A DNA stretch of 64,000 nucleotides from Dicyema japonicum (taxonomy: Eukaryota > Animalia > Dicyemida): positions 372,001 to 436,000 of the forward strand of contig RDEW01000014.1 of the NCBI GenBank assembly GCA_011109175.1, written 5' to 3'. The translations under genes and the position numbers were made by a program. Shown in pieces: positions 12,383 through 25,618 of the stretch (position 1 is its first letter; every line of letters begins with the position of its first letter). The notes below the pieces were generated by a model. The model had not been told where the DNA came from and searched no databases. It saw only the letters and a program-made list of their open reading frames with translations.

Positions 12383-13238
12383 TCTTATTAGTCAGATAAA
12401 AATATCCCGAACTCGGTTAAATATTTTCTTCTAAAATTTGTGGAAATTATTAAGTTGAGATATTTCACACTACAATTTCCACGCATGCGGATTAAAATGA
12501 TTAAAAAACAACATCAGAGATTTTTTTCCACATTAGTAACAGATGATCTTCCAAGTTGATTCAATTTGGGTCGGATGAGATTCAATTCCAGATCCTACGT
12601 GCACTCGACACATCGGGTTTCTGATATCTACCGAGTCCGTCACCTAATCCATGCTCATCAAAAGAGAAAAAATTGGCTTTAATCTATCTTGAAACAAAGT
12701 AGATATTCCGTACAACCACTTGGTTAAGACTTTCCACTTTGTAAGTAAATGGTTTTAAATTAAGAAAACTTGGCCATTATGTGATCCTTGCCACTTTCAA
12801 TAGCAACCTCATCTTCGCTCGGTGTTCCGCATGGGATCCCACGCATTTCCTGTAGTAAGGTCTACTAAAGAGGAGGGCGAAAACTTCTTAAGAGTTCTAA
12901 GTACTGAGGATTTAAAGGATTCAATTTTATTTACTGTTTTTTTGCTGGGTTCGCAGCCAGGAGAAAAAATCCTGTATTGTCAAAGAAGAGTCTTTATGAA
13001 ATTGTGTTTTCTTAGGAAAAAGGAAAACACGTAAATACCAATTTTACATTAATTCTTAGATGTTGTTAACTCAAATCGAGTTTAAAGTCGGTATTTTTTT
13101 AATAGATTTAAAAAATGATAATTTTATGTAAATGATATTTCAATAAATTAAATTATATTTAAATTACAAAAGTGCTATCTTGTTGTCTTACTATTATTTT
13201 ATCATGTTTTTTTAATTTATTAATAACCATTGGCAGAA

Positions 13239-14370
13239 ATGTCGGAACTGGATTCACATGAACTTATTGAGAATATCACAGAAATTTCTGAAGATGCAGC
13301 TTCGAGCTCTCCTCTCAAGCTCTTACAGTTCTCAACCAAAGGAAATTCTCTGCACAACATAAGGTTGTTCACACGTGTTTTGAAATAATAGCAATAGGTC
13401 AGACGATTCTTTTACCAAAAAACAAAGTACGGCAAATTTTAAATCTTAGCATCTCCCTTTCAGTCATCTAAAGAACACGACTCCATCCCCCAGACAGTTC
13501 CTGTATTAATTATATTTACCCCCAATAAAGTCAAATGCCTTCTCAAAGCGAATGATCGAAAGGGACTTTGATCCATTTTTTATCCCAACTCCTGTGAAAC
13601 AGGATACCGCGAATGCTACATCTACAAAAATTGTACCAACTTCCAATTTTCTCGAACTTTCTTTCCCTTCTATTGGAAACCAGTCAGGGAACTCCGAAGT
13701 TCGGCCTTTCAATGTAGAAAATTACTTCACTGCTCACAATAAACAGCAAAAAGTACAGTTTTCAGTTTTAAAATTTTAGGCGGGAAATTACAATCGATTA
13801 GTTGGTTTGTATGAACTGACGTTGACACAAGTTGTTGGTTTGATTAATTACATCATTAAAGCTAAAATTGAGGAGGAACGTGACAAGTGGAGCTCGGATG
13901 TGAACAGTAAACAGAGCACAATTGACAATATGAATGAAGACTATCAGTCTCTTGAGTTGTCATTTCGCAATCTCCACGAAAGATTCGAGAAATCTCGGAA
14001 TTACCTCAAAGAATACGAGCAGGTGATTGAATCTCTGTATTTTAGTTACGCACAGAACAGCAGAGTACCATAGATTCCTTAAGAAAGGAGCTGGAAAATG
14101 CGGAAGAGAAGTATAATAAACTGCTGGAGAAGGCTCACTCTAAACTTGACCAGTATGTGTCACTATATTTTTAGGGCCAATTCAGCCTTGGAGGAGATGG
14201 TAACGAAGCATCAGAGTGATATTAGTCGATTTGAGGACAATTCACGGAAGACGGAGATGAAGTATGCCCTCTTGTTGAGCCAAATTAATTCAAAGGCTGT
14301 TTGGGTTTGTCATTGGTAGGATTCTGAAATAGCTGAGCTTAAAGCTATTTGTAATGATTTTTTGAAATAG
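13239..14370 (+). CDS. TACC: Transforming acidic coiled-coil (TACC) protein, multiple mini-introns
   Basis: C-terminal coiled coil QSLELSFRNLHERFEKSR...KYNKLLEKAHSKLD|QANSALEE...SK|DSEIAELKAICNDFLK* matches the TACC domain. The N-terminal exon structure is less certain. Confidence 0.85.
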
Positions 14371-15299
14371 ACTAAATTTGAGATATCTCCTCTGTTCATT
14401 AATTTTTATTATTTCAGAATTGCAAACCCACAAAGTTAAGTTTTCAATTAAAAAAGGTTGGTGATTTGAATAGAGTAAGTGCTACATCTGCAAAAATCAG
14501 CCTTCCTCCAGCTTGTTTTGCGATCATAAGGAGTAACTTTATGGAATCTTTGTTTTTATCAGATCTCTCTTTTCAATGTTCTTGGTAAGAGCCTACTCTC
14601 GGGATATCTTGAGATTTTAACAAAAATTGGGGATCACTTAAGGATTGTTTAACGTCAACGTCAAAAACACTATAAGAAAATTTATGACACCTCATGATCT
14701 ACTCAAGAATGTGGAAGGGATTATTCGATATCAGATATAAGTTTTTTTCATAACACGTGGTGTTCAAATGATAATCATAAATGGTGTCTCAATTGTTAAG
14801 GAAAAATTTAATCAATGTGTTTTATTTTTACAGTATATAGAAATCAATAATCAAAATATATGAACTGGAACCAAATCCAATGAAAACCAACAAATGAACA
14901 TTTTTCTTGCCACTATGAATTGCACGCTACCTGAGACAGTTGGATCGCATGATGCCACTCTAGTAGAAGGAAAAGAAATCTTCAATTAAGTTCAAAAAAT
15001 CTTGGTGATGTATAAACCACTAAACTACCTGGTAAAGGTGTAGGAGTGATATCTATATAACTTAGGGAGCTAGACGAGATATTCATATAATAAAACGCAT
15101 CGTGGCACATCATTCTATTTGTCGTAAATTTTGCAAATCTGAGAAATAAATCATCAGAGTAACTGACTGCTCGAAAGGTATTGATTGATTCTATCATCAG
15201 GGAAAGTTTAACGAAAAGCCTAAACCCCAGGCTTACAATCTTTGGTAAGCCCAGCACAAACAATTACAACTAATTAATCCAAGGATAAAACCCAAAAGA

Positions 15300-15420
15300 G
15301 AGCGTCTGCTTGTACCGACCGAATCCATACTCCAATAGTCCACTACAGACTTCCGAAGAGAAGTGGAAAACTAGGTCCATTCTCTTCCATTTTCGTCGTA
15401 CGTCCTACCGCCGAGGACGC
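15300..15420. repeat. Interspersed repeat family C
   Basis: CCAATAGTCCACTACAG...CGTCCTACCG shared with 58555-58640. Confidence 0.7.
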
Positions 15421-15599
15421 CACTCGCATTTTTTCATCAATATTTTCAAAATTTTCCCGTTTGTTGTATTTCATATTATGCAGCGCAGAAAAACTTGTTT
15501 CTCATAAATATGTCGTTGAAAATAATTGTAAAATAATCTTCAGTGCTTGTGTAGATAATCTGAGATATATTTTAATAACATATATTTAGAATTCTCCAA

Positions 15600-15890
15600 T
15601 ATTCTACTCCAACTCCATTAATTTTAAAAATCGATCATTGAACAGTTCAATAAGTTCTTCATTTTCTTTCACAGATCAGTGTTCTGACTGTGACAGAAGT
15701 AAAGGATTATCGAGTTTTCGGCAATTGTATGAGGTTTCAGTTCTTTTTCTATCAATTCAGAAATCAGATTTGAACATTTCAATGATTCCTTTGAGCTCAC
15801 AAAAGTATCACTAAACAACATTCGACTGGATCTACAATACATAGTAAAAATTAAATAATACTTGTGTTGTTTTTTCAAATGCATAAAATA
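15600..15890 (-). mobile_element. hAT (Buster/ZBED5-like) transposase fragment
   Basis: SLKCSNLISELIEKELKPHTIAEN resembles the S(Y/F)..A..IAK..KPHTI.E motif. Confidence 0.6.
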
Positions 15891-15984
15891 ATCCAGATTT
15901 TTTTGGAATAGTCCGGATGCTTGTAAGTAAAATGTCTATTTAGTTTGCTAGGAGCCATTTATTCAAATTTGTATTTGGCTGGCG

Positions 15985-16740
15985 GCACACTAGAAATTGT
16001 CTCGCGGCTCACCGTTTGACAATCTCTGGTCTAAAGCAAGAGTCGAACCAATACCGGCTTGCCTGTTTGTTGTTGCTGCACAACATGGGATGGTACATGG
16101 CTCCACGCATTTCCATGCGCTTCTTTCGGAACTCTTATGGACGACGACTGTGTGAGAATCGGAATAGCACAACGATTGGGACTTGACATCTTCCAGAAAC
16201 ATAGATGCCGTTGTGGAGGAACAATTGACACCAAAGGACTACATCCTTTCTCTTGCAAAAGGAGTGCAGGTCGCTCACCTCGTTACCCCGCATTGAATAA
16301 TGTTATTCTATGAACCCTCGAGGCAGCAAGCTTCCCAGCTCAACTTGAACCTCTTGGACAGAATCGTGGAGATGGCAAGAGGCCAGACGGAATGACACTT
16401 TTCCCATATTAACAGGAAAATCATTGGTTTAAGATGTAAAGTAGATACTTTCTCTACTTCGCTCCCTCTGAGATCTACTCAGAAACCTGGATCTTCAGCC
16501 GACGCAGCCAAATCTGTCAAGATCAAGAAGTACTCGGCCATTGGAGACCGACAGCGATATACACCAGTGGCCATAGAAACGTCGGGAGCCGTAGGATCCC
16601 TCACTGCGGTATTTCTGAAAGAAATAGAAAGGAAACTAGCGAGCCGAAAAAACCCGCGAATCAATCTGGCTAAGGCAACAAGTCAAGATTGCCATATTAC
16701 GTAGAAACGTATACGCAATCCTATCTGCAAAGGATTAATT
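15985..16740 (+). mobile_element. CRE-like non-LTR retrotransposon (CCHC zinc finger plus restriction-like endonuclease), 5'-truncated
   Basis: WLHAFP..SFGTLMDD..VRIGIAQRLG...CRCG...GLHPFSCKRSAGR...EPLG..RGDGKRPDG...KKY...PVAIETSG. Confidence 0.9.
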
Positions 16741-17799
16741 TTTTTTAAAGAAAAAAGGATTAATTATTTAAAAATTTTTTGTTAATAAATTGTTTTCCCC
16801 AAAAAAAATTTAACTTTTGTATTAATTCCAGATACACCAAGATAAGGATAATACTCAATTGGCGGAAATTGTCCTATTTCAATCATAAAATTGTCTTAAA
16901 ATAGAACATAATTATTTTAATTATTTTTTTAATTTTGTTAGTATTTTTTCATTTCTTTTAAATTACACATTATAAATTGTTTTTTGTCTACTCAGTTTAC
17001 ATTTAAAGGCAGGTATGTAATTCCCCAGTTATTAAAACTATTAGAACTCGGAGGCAAAATAAGGAATAAATTTAAAAGCAATTTCCAAAAACTCATACAT
17101 AGTTACAAGATCACCTAAAGGAGATTTATTCCGCTAAAAAGTTCTAAGATAGTAAAATCATGTAACAATACTACACCGATCTACATCTTAATGGATAAGA
17201 AATCAGAATGAATGCTACAAGTATAGAGACCACTCAACTTTTTCTTACATAAAATAACGAAGAAAACTTGATATCTTTTTTGGATTTTAGCATTTTTAAA
17301 TGGCAATATTTCACTTCACAAATTAGGGAATAGTTATATAAAAAAGCTATTTGTTAAATTACCATGTCTCTTCAATTTATATTATTGAACTACAGAAAAT
17401 ATTTTTAAACAAACAATTCTATTTAATTATTGATGAAAGTTACATTAACGGGACGCGACAAATTAAATGTAATTTCGGGACAATTTGTATTGCATAAAAA
17501 ATTTCAATAATAACAATATTGAAAAATATTTCATGCTAAATTTTAATTTCTCTAACAATGGATAATTTTCGTTAATTTCCATATAAATTGTCCTAAAATG
17601 ATTCCACGCCGTCTTCCTCATCAACAGGGATCGGTACTCCATGCCTCTCCTCAGATTGGATACTGTCCAAAGTCTTCCGTAACACTAGCGTCTGTAGTAT
17701 TTGTTATATCTTATTTATAGTTAAACACTAAAAATACAAAATAATTTAAAAAATAATAAATTTGTCTTATTTTTGTCGTAAAATGTCCTAATTGTACTA

Positions 17800-19680
17800 C
17801 AGTAAAGTCTTTCGAATCCGCCAATTTCGGAGATCGGCAAAATATGGCGGATTCGAGAGACTTACTGATTTTTTCATCCATTAATAATGTAAATCAAAAA
17901 ATTATTTATAAGCAAAAAATCAGTAAGTTTTTTATTTGTTTTTTTAGAGTTCGTATCATTGAAGATCCTAGCTTTTCGACATTAAAGAATTCTTCTTGAT
18001 TATAGGATTCTTTTAATTTAAGGCTAGAAAAGCCTCGCTAATAGTTACACCTTTCTGACTTTCTTCAAGGGGTTCTTCACTATTAATTTCTTGTTCTATT
18101 TTCTCCGAATCAATCAAATCAAGTTCTTCATCTTCATTGTAGTCAATTTCGATATAAAGTCTCTCTTCTGATGGATCACTTATGTTTATTTTGTCTAGAA
18201 TATATCCGTAATTTCTAATAACAGGGTTTTCATTATTTATATTTTCAATGTTTTGAATCCATTTTGCTTGTGTGAAGCATTTGAATATTAAAGAACTATC
18301 TATCTTGTTCCAATCATAATATGTGACTAATATTGCATCTTTTAAGTTTAATTTTTTGTATGCAAAATAGGGATTTATCCGATCTTCAATTTTCTGAATA
18401 ATAACAGAAAATTTAAGAGAATTGAAATTGCATTTTTACGATTTGATTATACCCTGATCCAGTGGTTGCAAAAACAACGTTGTATTCGCTGGTAGAAATA
18501 TTATTTCAATTTGGTTTAATTCAATCAAAACCTAATGTAAATGTTATGAAATTCACCTTATGTGCAGGACATTTATCTACAACAAGCAAAATTTTCTAGG
18601 ATTTTTAAACATCCCAAGTAGTAAGGGTGTTCGTTTATCTGTACCGTCCACATTTGTGCATAACATGACTGAAACTCTGTCTTTCAATAATTTTATGACC
18701 TGATTTAAGGTTATACAAACACTTTTGGACGGTATCATTTTGTAAAATAAACCAGTTTCGTCGACATTATAAACATTTTGAGCTCCGTAGAGATTGATTT
18801 TATTTTTGATTAATTCAATAAAATCTGATACCACATTAAGGTTAAAATTTAAAGTTGCAGATTGTCCATGCATATTTCGTAAATTCAAACCATTCCTCTT
18901 TTTAAATTTAGCAAGCCACCCTTGCTTCCTTGAAATCAGTGATCCCTCGTTTCGATGCAAATGTTTTGGCTTTTTCAGTAATAATTTCATCGTTCAAAAT
19001 GGCTCCTTTAACTGCATTATATTTTTTGGAAAAATTTCTAAAATTTTTATCGAAGGTAATTCAATATTCGATTTAATAAACTTTAAAGTGGAAATTTTTT
19101 GTTTGTTTTTTAATCGTGTAAAGTTACAATTCATGAAAACATCAATAAACAATGACAATGTGTTAATAAGATTTCTGAATCGACGTCTCAAAAATTAGAA
19201 GCCGCACAACTTGCTTCCTTAAAAATAATAAATAAGAAAACTGTGGATAACGTATTGAATGTTAAAGAACACCTAAGGTGGAGAGTGAAGTCATTTCTAC
19301 AGTGGGCAATAAAAACCGGCTGTCCGCTTTCACTCTCTATATCTGACTATCTAGAAAATGCGGGAAATCTATGGAGAATGAGACCGTCCCCGTTTCTACC
19401 AATTCTGTTGGATCTTCGAGGACCCCGAACGAGAGCCAGAACCCGGAAAACCGGGATCACTTAGTTAGTAGTTAACTTTTAACTTTTCTAATCCGGTGAT
19501 CTTGGGGTAAAAAAATGTGTTAATAAGTTATTTTAAAAAAATTTAAAATTAAGAGACATGGCGGATTCATTAAAAAATCTGGCGGATTCGAGAAATTTTG
19601 TTAGAAAAAATGGCGGATTAGAGAATTTATTAGTTATAATTGGCGGATTCGAGAAATGGCGAATTCGAGAGACTTTACTG
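17800..19680 (-). mobile_element. pogo/Tigger DNA transposon with TIRs and TA target duplication; degenerate transposase; contains a nested LINE fragment
   Basis: TIRs CAGTAAAGTCTTTCGAATCCGCCA (17800-17823) and 19657-19680 match at 22/24, flanked by TA. Transposase motifs GWLAKFKKR, NVDETGLFYK, KDRVSVMLC, DKCPAH, FLPANTT..LQPLDQG. Confidence 0.93.
19171..19513 (+). mobile_element. 5'-truncated LINE 3' end inserted in the pogo, 14-bp TSD AATGTGTTAATAAG
   Basis: TSD at 19157-19170 and 19514-19527; body nearly identical to about 36764-37109. Confidence 0.92.
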
Positions 19681-19724
19681 TATTTTGTTTTTAAAATGTC
19701 CTTTTTGTTTTTAAAATGTTGGCA

Positions 19725-20050
19725 CTTTAGCCCCGTGCCGCCATGTGGTGTTTCGTGGCTAATTGGTTGAAGTTTCTGTTTGTTCGTCTGTTCCTCCTCT
19801 CTCTTCCTATTAGAGTAGCGTCATGTGATCCACCTGTCCAGGTGGCGCCCAGTGCAAGGCCGGCACGAGAAAGTATCATTTGCTCTCCCCCACTCCACTG
19901 GAGGGGTTTCCACAATTGCAAGTATGGACGTCTTTTCTTTTTATGTTGATTCCGGATGGACTTTGTTTCTGTAGAAGTGGAATCTGGATACACTTAATTC
20001 GTTGTTTACTTTAACTTCTTTCTCGGTGTTTCCGGGGTTAATAAATAAAT
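19725..20050 (+). mobile_element. Short retroposon / LINE 3'UTR family B with (TAAA)n tail
   Basis: Homologous to 6085-6356; ends CTCGGTGTTTCCGGGGTTAATAAATAAATAAA. Confidence 0.85.
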
Positions 20051-20099
20051 AAATGTCCTAAAAAGGTGTCCTATTATTTCCACCCTATCAATTACTAAT

Positions 20100-20865
20100 T
20101 AAAAGTATCCAAATACACTGTTGAAGACCTTTCAATATCACACACATGTCTATCCAAATGCTTTCATTTTCACGGCAATTAAAAAGCATAGAACGAAGTG
20201 GTTCGATTTACTTCCCAATGCGATCTACTGACTTAGAAATAAAAAAAGAAATGTATGACTCAATAGACTTTCTTATTGACAAGGCAGCTCAGATATTAAC
20301 ATCAATAATCCTGAGAGCCGACAGAATGTTTATTTCTCGATTTCTTACAAAACATTTAATCAAAAACTATCTACGGGAATCTTAGCACTTATCAAAAACG
20401 GCCTTGAAGAAAACAGAATGCAATCAGATTACTCTACATCGTCCATACGCACTCTCAATTACAAAAATTCCCACAGACATAAGTGGAGCTGCTTGTTGGT
20501 CGCCATGAAGACGCACGTAGGGACGGTTCTGGTAACTGTCTATATACAGAAAGCCTACGACTCTGTTTCGAAGACACTCCTAACAAAAAAGACAGAAGAT
20601 CATGCGGCATATGCAATCAGATACCATATCCATCCCCAGTCTGCTTTCAGAAGTGGTGACATTGAGAAATGATCAGGGTTTCCTACGTATCTGCAGGGAG
20701 CTAGGAAACCAATTCAGAGAAAGGGCGGACCATGTGGAGAAATTGGATCGCTGGTGGAGCATTCGAGAAGAATTCGAGAGATGTTGGAGACTGGGATCAC
20801 CTAATTAGAGATTTAATATTTTATTTCTTGGTGGTTGTCTTGGGGTTTTAAAAATAAAAAATAAA
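20100..20865 (+). mobile_element. Internally deleted LINE remnant with 3' end
   Basis: IQKAYDSV RT motif; ends CTGGGATCACCTAA...GGGGTTTTAAAAATAAAAAATAAA. Confidence 0.7.
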
Positions 20866-20987
20866 TATCAACATAATCTAACTACATTTTCATCCTCTTC
20901 ACCTCAATTTCTTTTTAAAAAATATTATTTTTTGAAAATTTAAATCTCATTATTTAAATCAAGTAGTCTCACGTGCTTCTTTTAAAA

Positions 20988-22367
20988 ATGACGTCAGATA
21001 TCAGACAGCTCCCCATAATTGACATAACAAATGAGAATATTTCCAATTTGACTCCCTCAGTGCTCAACGCAATCAACACGAGCTCATTCTTAGCCTTGGA
21101 TCTGGTTATCCTTTTTTATTACCATAGGAACTGAGTGGCTTGGGGAAACAAGACATACTTAAGTGCAAGGACATGGATGACAGATATTCAAAATTTTCGG
21201 AGGTAGTGAAGAGCAGGTCCGTACTCTCTCTTGGGATCTCTTCATTCAAGCACGTACAGACAGTAAACGACGGCCATCAATACTTCCTCGTCCAAACATT
21301 CAATTTCAGTCTCCTTTCTCGAGATCTATACATTGTGGACCCATCTTCCCTTCAGTTTCTCACAAGTCACGGATTTGACTTTAACCAGCAATATTCCCAC
21401 GGAATCCCATATAATCACGGAAACGATAAGGATGATGAAAGTGATCCGCATGTTTCTGTGGACAACCCCTCTGAGGTTTATGTGAAGTCTTATTTAGGAG
21501 TCTGAAAGCCCAATAAGACAATTTTTGCTGGAAATTATCAAATTGAAAAAGCCGATTATTCTCCACAACGGATTTATGATCTATGTTTATTTACCACCAT
21601 TTTTACGCCAAACTCCCATCCAAATATTTGTCATTTGTGGCTGATTTGAGCGAAATGTTTTCTGGTGGTATATTCGACACGAAATTTCTAATCTGTCACG
21701 TTCTCGGTTGGCAGGTCACTTTTCTCTCGTATGGTTTTAGAAAATGGTTTTTTTGTTGTTATTTTTCAGTCAAAGACTTAATCTGGAGAACACCAAAGGC
21801 GGGAAAAGAGGACTAATAATATCGTTTCCCAACTATCCCCTGAATTTCCCTTCTATCAACAGAATTGAGTGCGCCTTCCTGCACAGAACGGAGGACTACC
21901 ATTCGTTGGCTCGAGAAATGCCCATCTGTATGCAGTTTACTGTAGTTTTTCCGTGTTAAAACAAGCTTAGAGACACGGCTGGTGTGACTCTGGCTGTAAA
22001 AAATCTCATAACTTAGATTTGGCTATCGACCATGAACTTTACGGAGTTTCTCCCCATAACGAAGTAGGGGATGAAGAGGTCGAGAGTTCTGGGCTTGTGG
22101 AGATCCTGGGTGCTCACAGAGCTGGGTTCGACGCTTTCATGACTGGCTTCATTATGGCCTTTGTGATGTCTCGATATGGAAAGAAACAGCCGGATGGATT
22201 TGTTGATTTTGGAATGACCCCAGTACTCCAATAAAGTCTTCCTCACTGCGAAAGGAATCCCCCTTGTTATTACTAAGAGTGCCTACGCTAAGACCTCACC
22301 ACAACATCGACAAAATTTGATCGTATTTTCAAACAATAAAATTTGTTCTTTTAAAAATATTGATTAA
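20988..22367 (+). CDS. TOE1: Target of EGR1 (TOE1), CAF1-family deadenylase; several mini-introns; apparent frameshift at about 21572-21586
   Basis: FLALDL|ELSGLG...RSVLSLGIS...LQFLTSHGFDFNQQYSHGIPYNHGNDK...HNG...FYAKLP...ADLSEMF..GIFDTK...CCCH finger...HRAGFDAFMTGF...NKVFL. Confidence 0.93.
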
Positions 22368-22899
22368 CTGTCAGGAATAGGAACAGGAACCGAAAACACT
22401 TTATTCAATCAGGAATTAAGAGTTAGTTAGGGGTATTAAACGAGTCCGCCTATACGGCCTGGACACTTCCTACGACCCCATCTCAATTTAGTTTAGTCCA
22501 AGCGCCGGATCCCGCTAATCCTCTTTTCTACAATGTAGATGACTGGGGCGAGAATCCTGTCCTCTTCTGCACTCAGGACATCCCGCAGCCTTTCCCCAAG
22601 GCTAACTTTATTGCTGATCTCGATTTTTCCATAAGTGACATTATTGTATCCTTTGTCGTGAGAAATACCATGCCTCACATCCGTAAAGTAACTCCGGTAG
22701 AATAATCCTCATGAAGATGAACAAGAAGGTCTCTCTGTACTGTTAGGAAGGTTCACTTGGGTCAATTATATTTTTATAACCTCACGCGTGATTTATAGCT
22801 TGTCTTTCTAATCTACATAGTTACCCACGTTTGGAGTTCGAATTCTGTGTAACTCAGTCTTAACATTTGATATGGAGTGGGTGGGGGAGGATTCGGACA

Positions 22900-23300
22900 G
22901 GTATGTCCTCTAGAATTCTTGAATGTTCTTTAAAGTAAAAACGCAGCAAATGGCAGGAAGCTCCCATATATTAGTCAACTTTGGGGTGGTGCCACATTGT
23001 AGACAAGTCTGTTTACCCGGAAGAGAGGATTCTGATTCGAATCCGTAAGACATTTATTAAAAATGTTATTTTAAATTTTTTAATTTTCCATCTCTGGAGG
23101 CTCTCATTAAAACAAAACTCCGGCATGCAAAAAAGGTTGCCCTGCAAATACAGTCAGCCGCCCAGTACGAGCTTGTGTAGGTACGAGGGAAAAGCACCGG
23201 TAAAGAATGAGGATTTTGGCGGAAACGCATCGGGATCACGTGATAGTTAGTTTTGGTTTTTACCGTGGTCTTGGTGTTAAATAAAAAAAATGAAATAAAA
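22900..23300 (+). mobile_element. LINE 3' end remnant with A-rich tail
   Basis: CGGGATCACG...CCGTGGTCTTGGTGTTAAATAAAAAAAA, the same 3' architecture as the other copies. Confidence 0.65.
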
Positions 23301-23989
23301 TAAATAAATGAATCTGGCTTATGCGTAGGGTCGAAATCGCCATTCTCAAAGGCAATTGCCTTGGATCCGTGAAGCAGACTAAAATAGAACATTCCGTGCT
23401 AACTCCCTTTCCTTTATAAATTAATTTTCCATTTAGTATTTTGCTCATAAGAAGCTTTAGTATTCGGCAGGCTTACTGAAAGTTTTTATACATTTTTTTC
23501 AAAAAAATACAAATCAAAATTTAAAAGAATTACAATTATCATAACTTTTTGACCCGGCTTATATGTGTGGTGTTAATTTCTTTATCTTACATCTAGAATT
23601 GTGATCATTCTCCTTCGGTATTCGTTACTGTATATTTTTCGTTGAAATTTGGTCGTATAAGGGGTATTTTCTATTAGCTACGTTTTGCGTCCCCGTCGTG
23701 GTGTATTAAAATTTCATCACCATCTTCAATTTCGTCGTATTTCCATCTTTTATGGTTTTTCATTTTCGTCTGATTTGACAATATTTTCCAGGGCAATTCT
23801 TCGTTTTTCTTGTTCCTCTAAATTTTTTCGAGGCGATGAAGAATGTGCTAATACTTCCTCGTTTTCATTTTAATGATCTAGTAGCGCTTCTAATTCTCCT
23901 TTTTCATATTTAAAAAAAATTCACATTGAAAAAATTTCTAAACTAAATGTTCTTCAGGAGAATCTAACAGCTAACACAGGATGAAATTA

Positions 23990-24225
23990 ATTCGAATAGA
24001 CAAAATATATTTTATGAGTCAAAGAAGTTGAGGTATTGCTAAACAAGGATGAAACCGGACTCTTTTTCCAACCTTTTTTTCTAAAACAATTTCATCAAAG
24101 ATAGAAAAGACACAAAGCATTCAAAAGTGAGGATCACTGTAGCTCTTTGTGCTAATTCAATTGGAACATTAAAAATTAAACCTTTTGTTTTTGGACATAG
24201 TGAAACACCCAGGTGTTTAAAGGTA
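23990..24225 (+). mobile_element. pogo/Tigger transposase fragment
   Basis: NKDETGLFF...VRITVALCANSIGTLKIKPFVFGHSETPRCLK. Confidence 0.8.
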
Positions 24226-24329
24226 GATTTTCCCATTACACTTTTAACAGTCTCAGCTTTAACCCACTTAACAGGTCGAAACACCTTCTTAGTCATGTCC
24301 TTTGTTATTCTTTCTTCAAATGCAGCCTT

Positions 24330-24560
24330 ACTTAGAGCAACCACCGTAGCAAGCCATTGACCAACTGTCCAGTAGTTAATGCATTTCTTTTCACCATTCA
24401 TAGCCAAACAAGAGTTCATGTTGTGCTCTTCACCACAAATTAAACATCTTTCCTTTTCCTTGCAGAAATTCGCAATGTGCCCGAATATTTGGCATCGGAA
24501 GCACCTAGTTATCGGTTTCCTGGTTTCCTTCAAAACGAACTCTCTTAACCAAAAAGTTTA
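24330..24560 (-). mobile_element. LINE ORF1 (gag-like) zinc knuckles
   Basis: RCFRCQIFGHIANFC...RCLICGEEHNMNSC...KCIN: tandem CCHC knuckles. Confidence 0.85.
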
Positions 24561-25059
24561 ATCCGTCCCAAAGCCATGTTTTAAATTCCAGATTTACAAC
24601 AAGTAAATCATAGGTCAAGGTAGACGAAACAGCTTGTCTCGACACAACATCCCCACATAGTCAATTGGTGGATATTTCAATCCCCTTCTTGGATTTAGAA
24701 TTGACTGCGGGTTTATCTTCATTAGCGAGTCTTTCTTAGTTGTTACTGCTTTCCCAACATTTACTTTTGTTGAAATTGTGGCACACAACGCAATTGGATG
24801 TCTATTCATTATTAGGAACACAAGGAAGTGTAGAGTGTGTATTCCCAAAATTGGTGTATCTCACTGTCCTTAATCTTCAATAACGGAGCTCAAAACACCC
24901 TTTCTTCAATAAATGAATTCTTAAAGCATCCACCTCAGAATGATAATGGACTAAATCGATGGCCCTTCAATTTGGGTTATCTTTGATATTCCAGCTCTTA
25001 AGTTCAGACAATCACTTAAATTTATTGAACCAGAAAACCATCTTCATTACCAGAATAAA

Positions 25060-25618
25060 AAAAATAGGGTGATCCCGGCCTTTCTCGAAAATCGGATACA
25101 CCGAGAGAGAAGTTAAAGTAAACAACTAATTAAGTGTATCCAGTTTCCACTTCCACAGAAACAGAGTCCATCCGGAATCAACATAAAAGGAAAAAGACGT
25201 CCATACTTGCAATTGTGGAAACCTCTCCAGTGGAGTGGGGGAGAGCAAATGATCCTTTTTTGTGTCGGCCTGGCACTGAGCGTCACCTAGACAGGTGGAT
25301 CGCCACTCTAATAGGAAGAGAGAGGAGGAACAAACAAACGAGCAGAAAACTTCAACCAATTAGCCACGAAGCACCACATGACGCCACACGGCAAAAAAAT
25401 AATGCGTTGAAAAATATTAATCAAAAAGAGCAGGTGACGAGGTTACCCTTATGGCACCCCGTTCGGATAAAACAAAAAAAATAAAATTAAAAAAAAAACA
25501 ATTTAAAACATTAATAAATTTAAAATTTGTAGTCTGTTGTTGAATGACTGGAACTGAAAGAAAATCATTAATGTGCACAATATATTTGGCATAATTTATA
25601 GAAATATTACCTCCAGAC
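25060..25618 (-). repeat. Inverted duplicate of 5862-6356: family B retroposon plus YJU2 upstream region, exon 1, intron 1 and the start of exon 2
   Basis: On the + strand 25544 reads ATGACTGGAACTGAAAGAAAA..AAT|GTGCAC..TTATAG|AAATATTAC, a copy of the YJU2 5' end. Confidence 0.9.

Noticed and set aside
12500-13040. Spliced minus-strand gene divergent from TACC
   Set aside because: Short open stretches and possible mini-introns exist, but no recognisable domain or consistent model could be supported without RNA data.
13200-13241. Spliced-leader trans-splice acceptors upstream of start codons
   Set aside because: An AG precedes some ATGs (TACC, YJU2, Src) but not RPL24, and AT-rich sequence gives this by chance. 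No SL RNA gene was recognised.
14295-14319. GC-AG intron in TACC
   Set aside because: A GT donor 3 nt downstream gives an in-frame 21-nt intron, so a GC donor is not required.
19555-19680. CRISPR-like or satellite array (GGCGGATTCGAGA repeats)
   Set aside because: Irregular spacing; these are subterminal repeats of the pogo TIR. No CRISPR array or cas gene is present in this eukaryotic window.
22202-22223. Apparent frameshift near the TOE1 C-terminus
   Set aside because: Explained by a 22-nt GT-AG intron (GTTGATTTTGGAATGACCCCAG).
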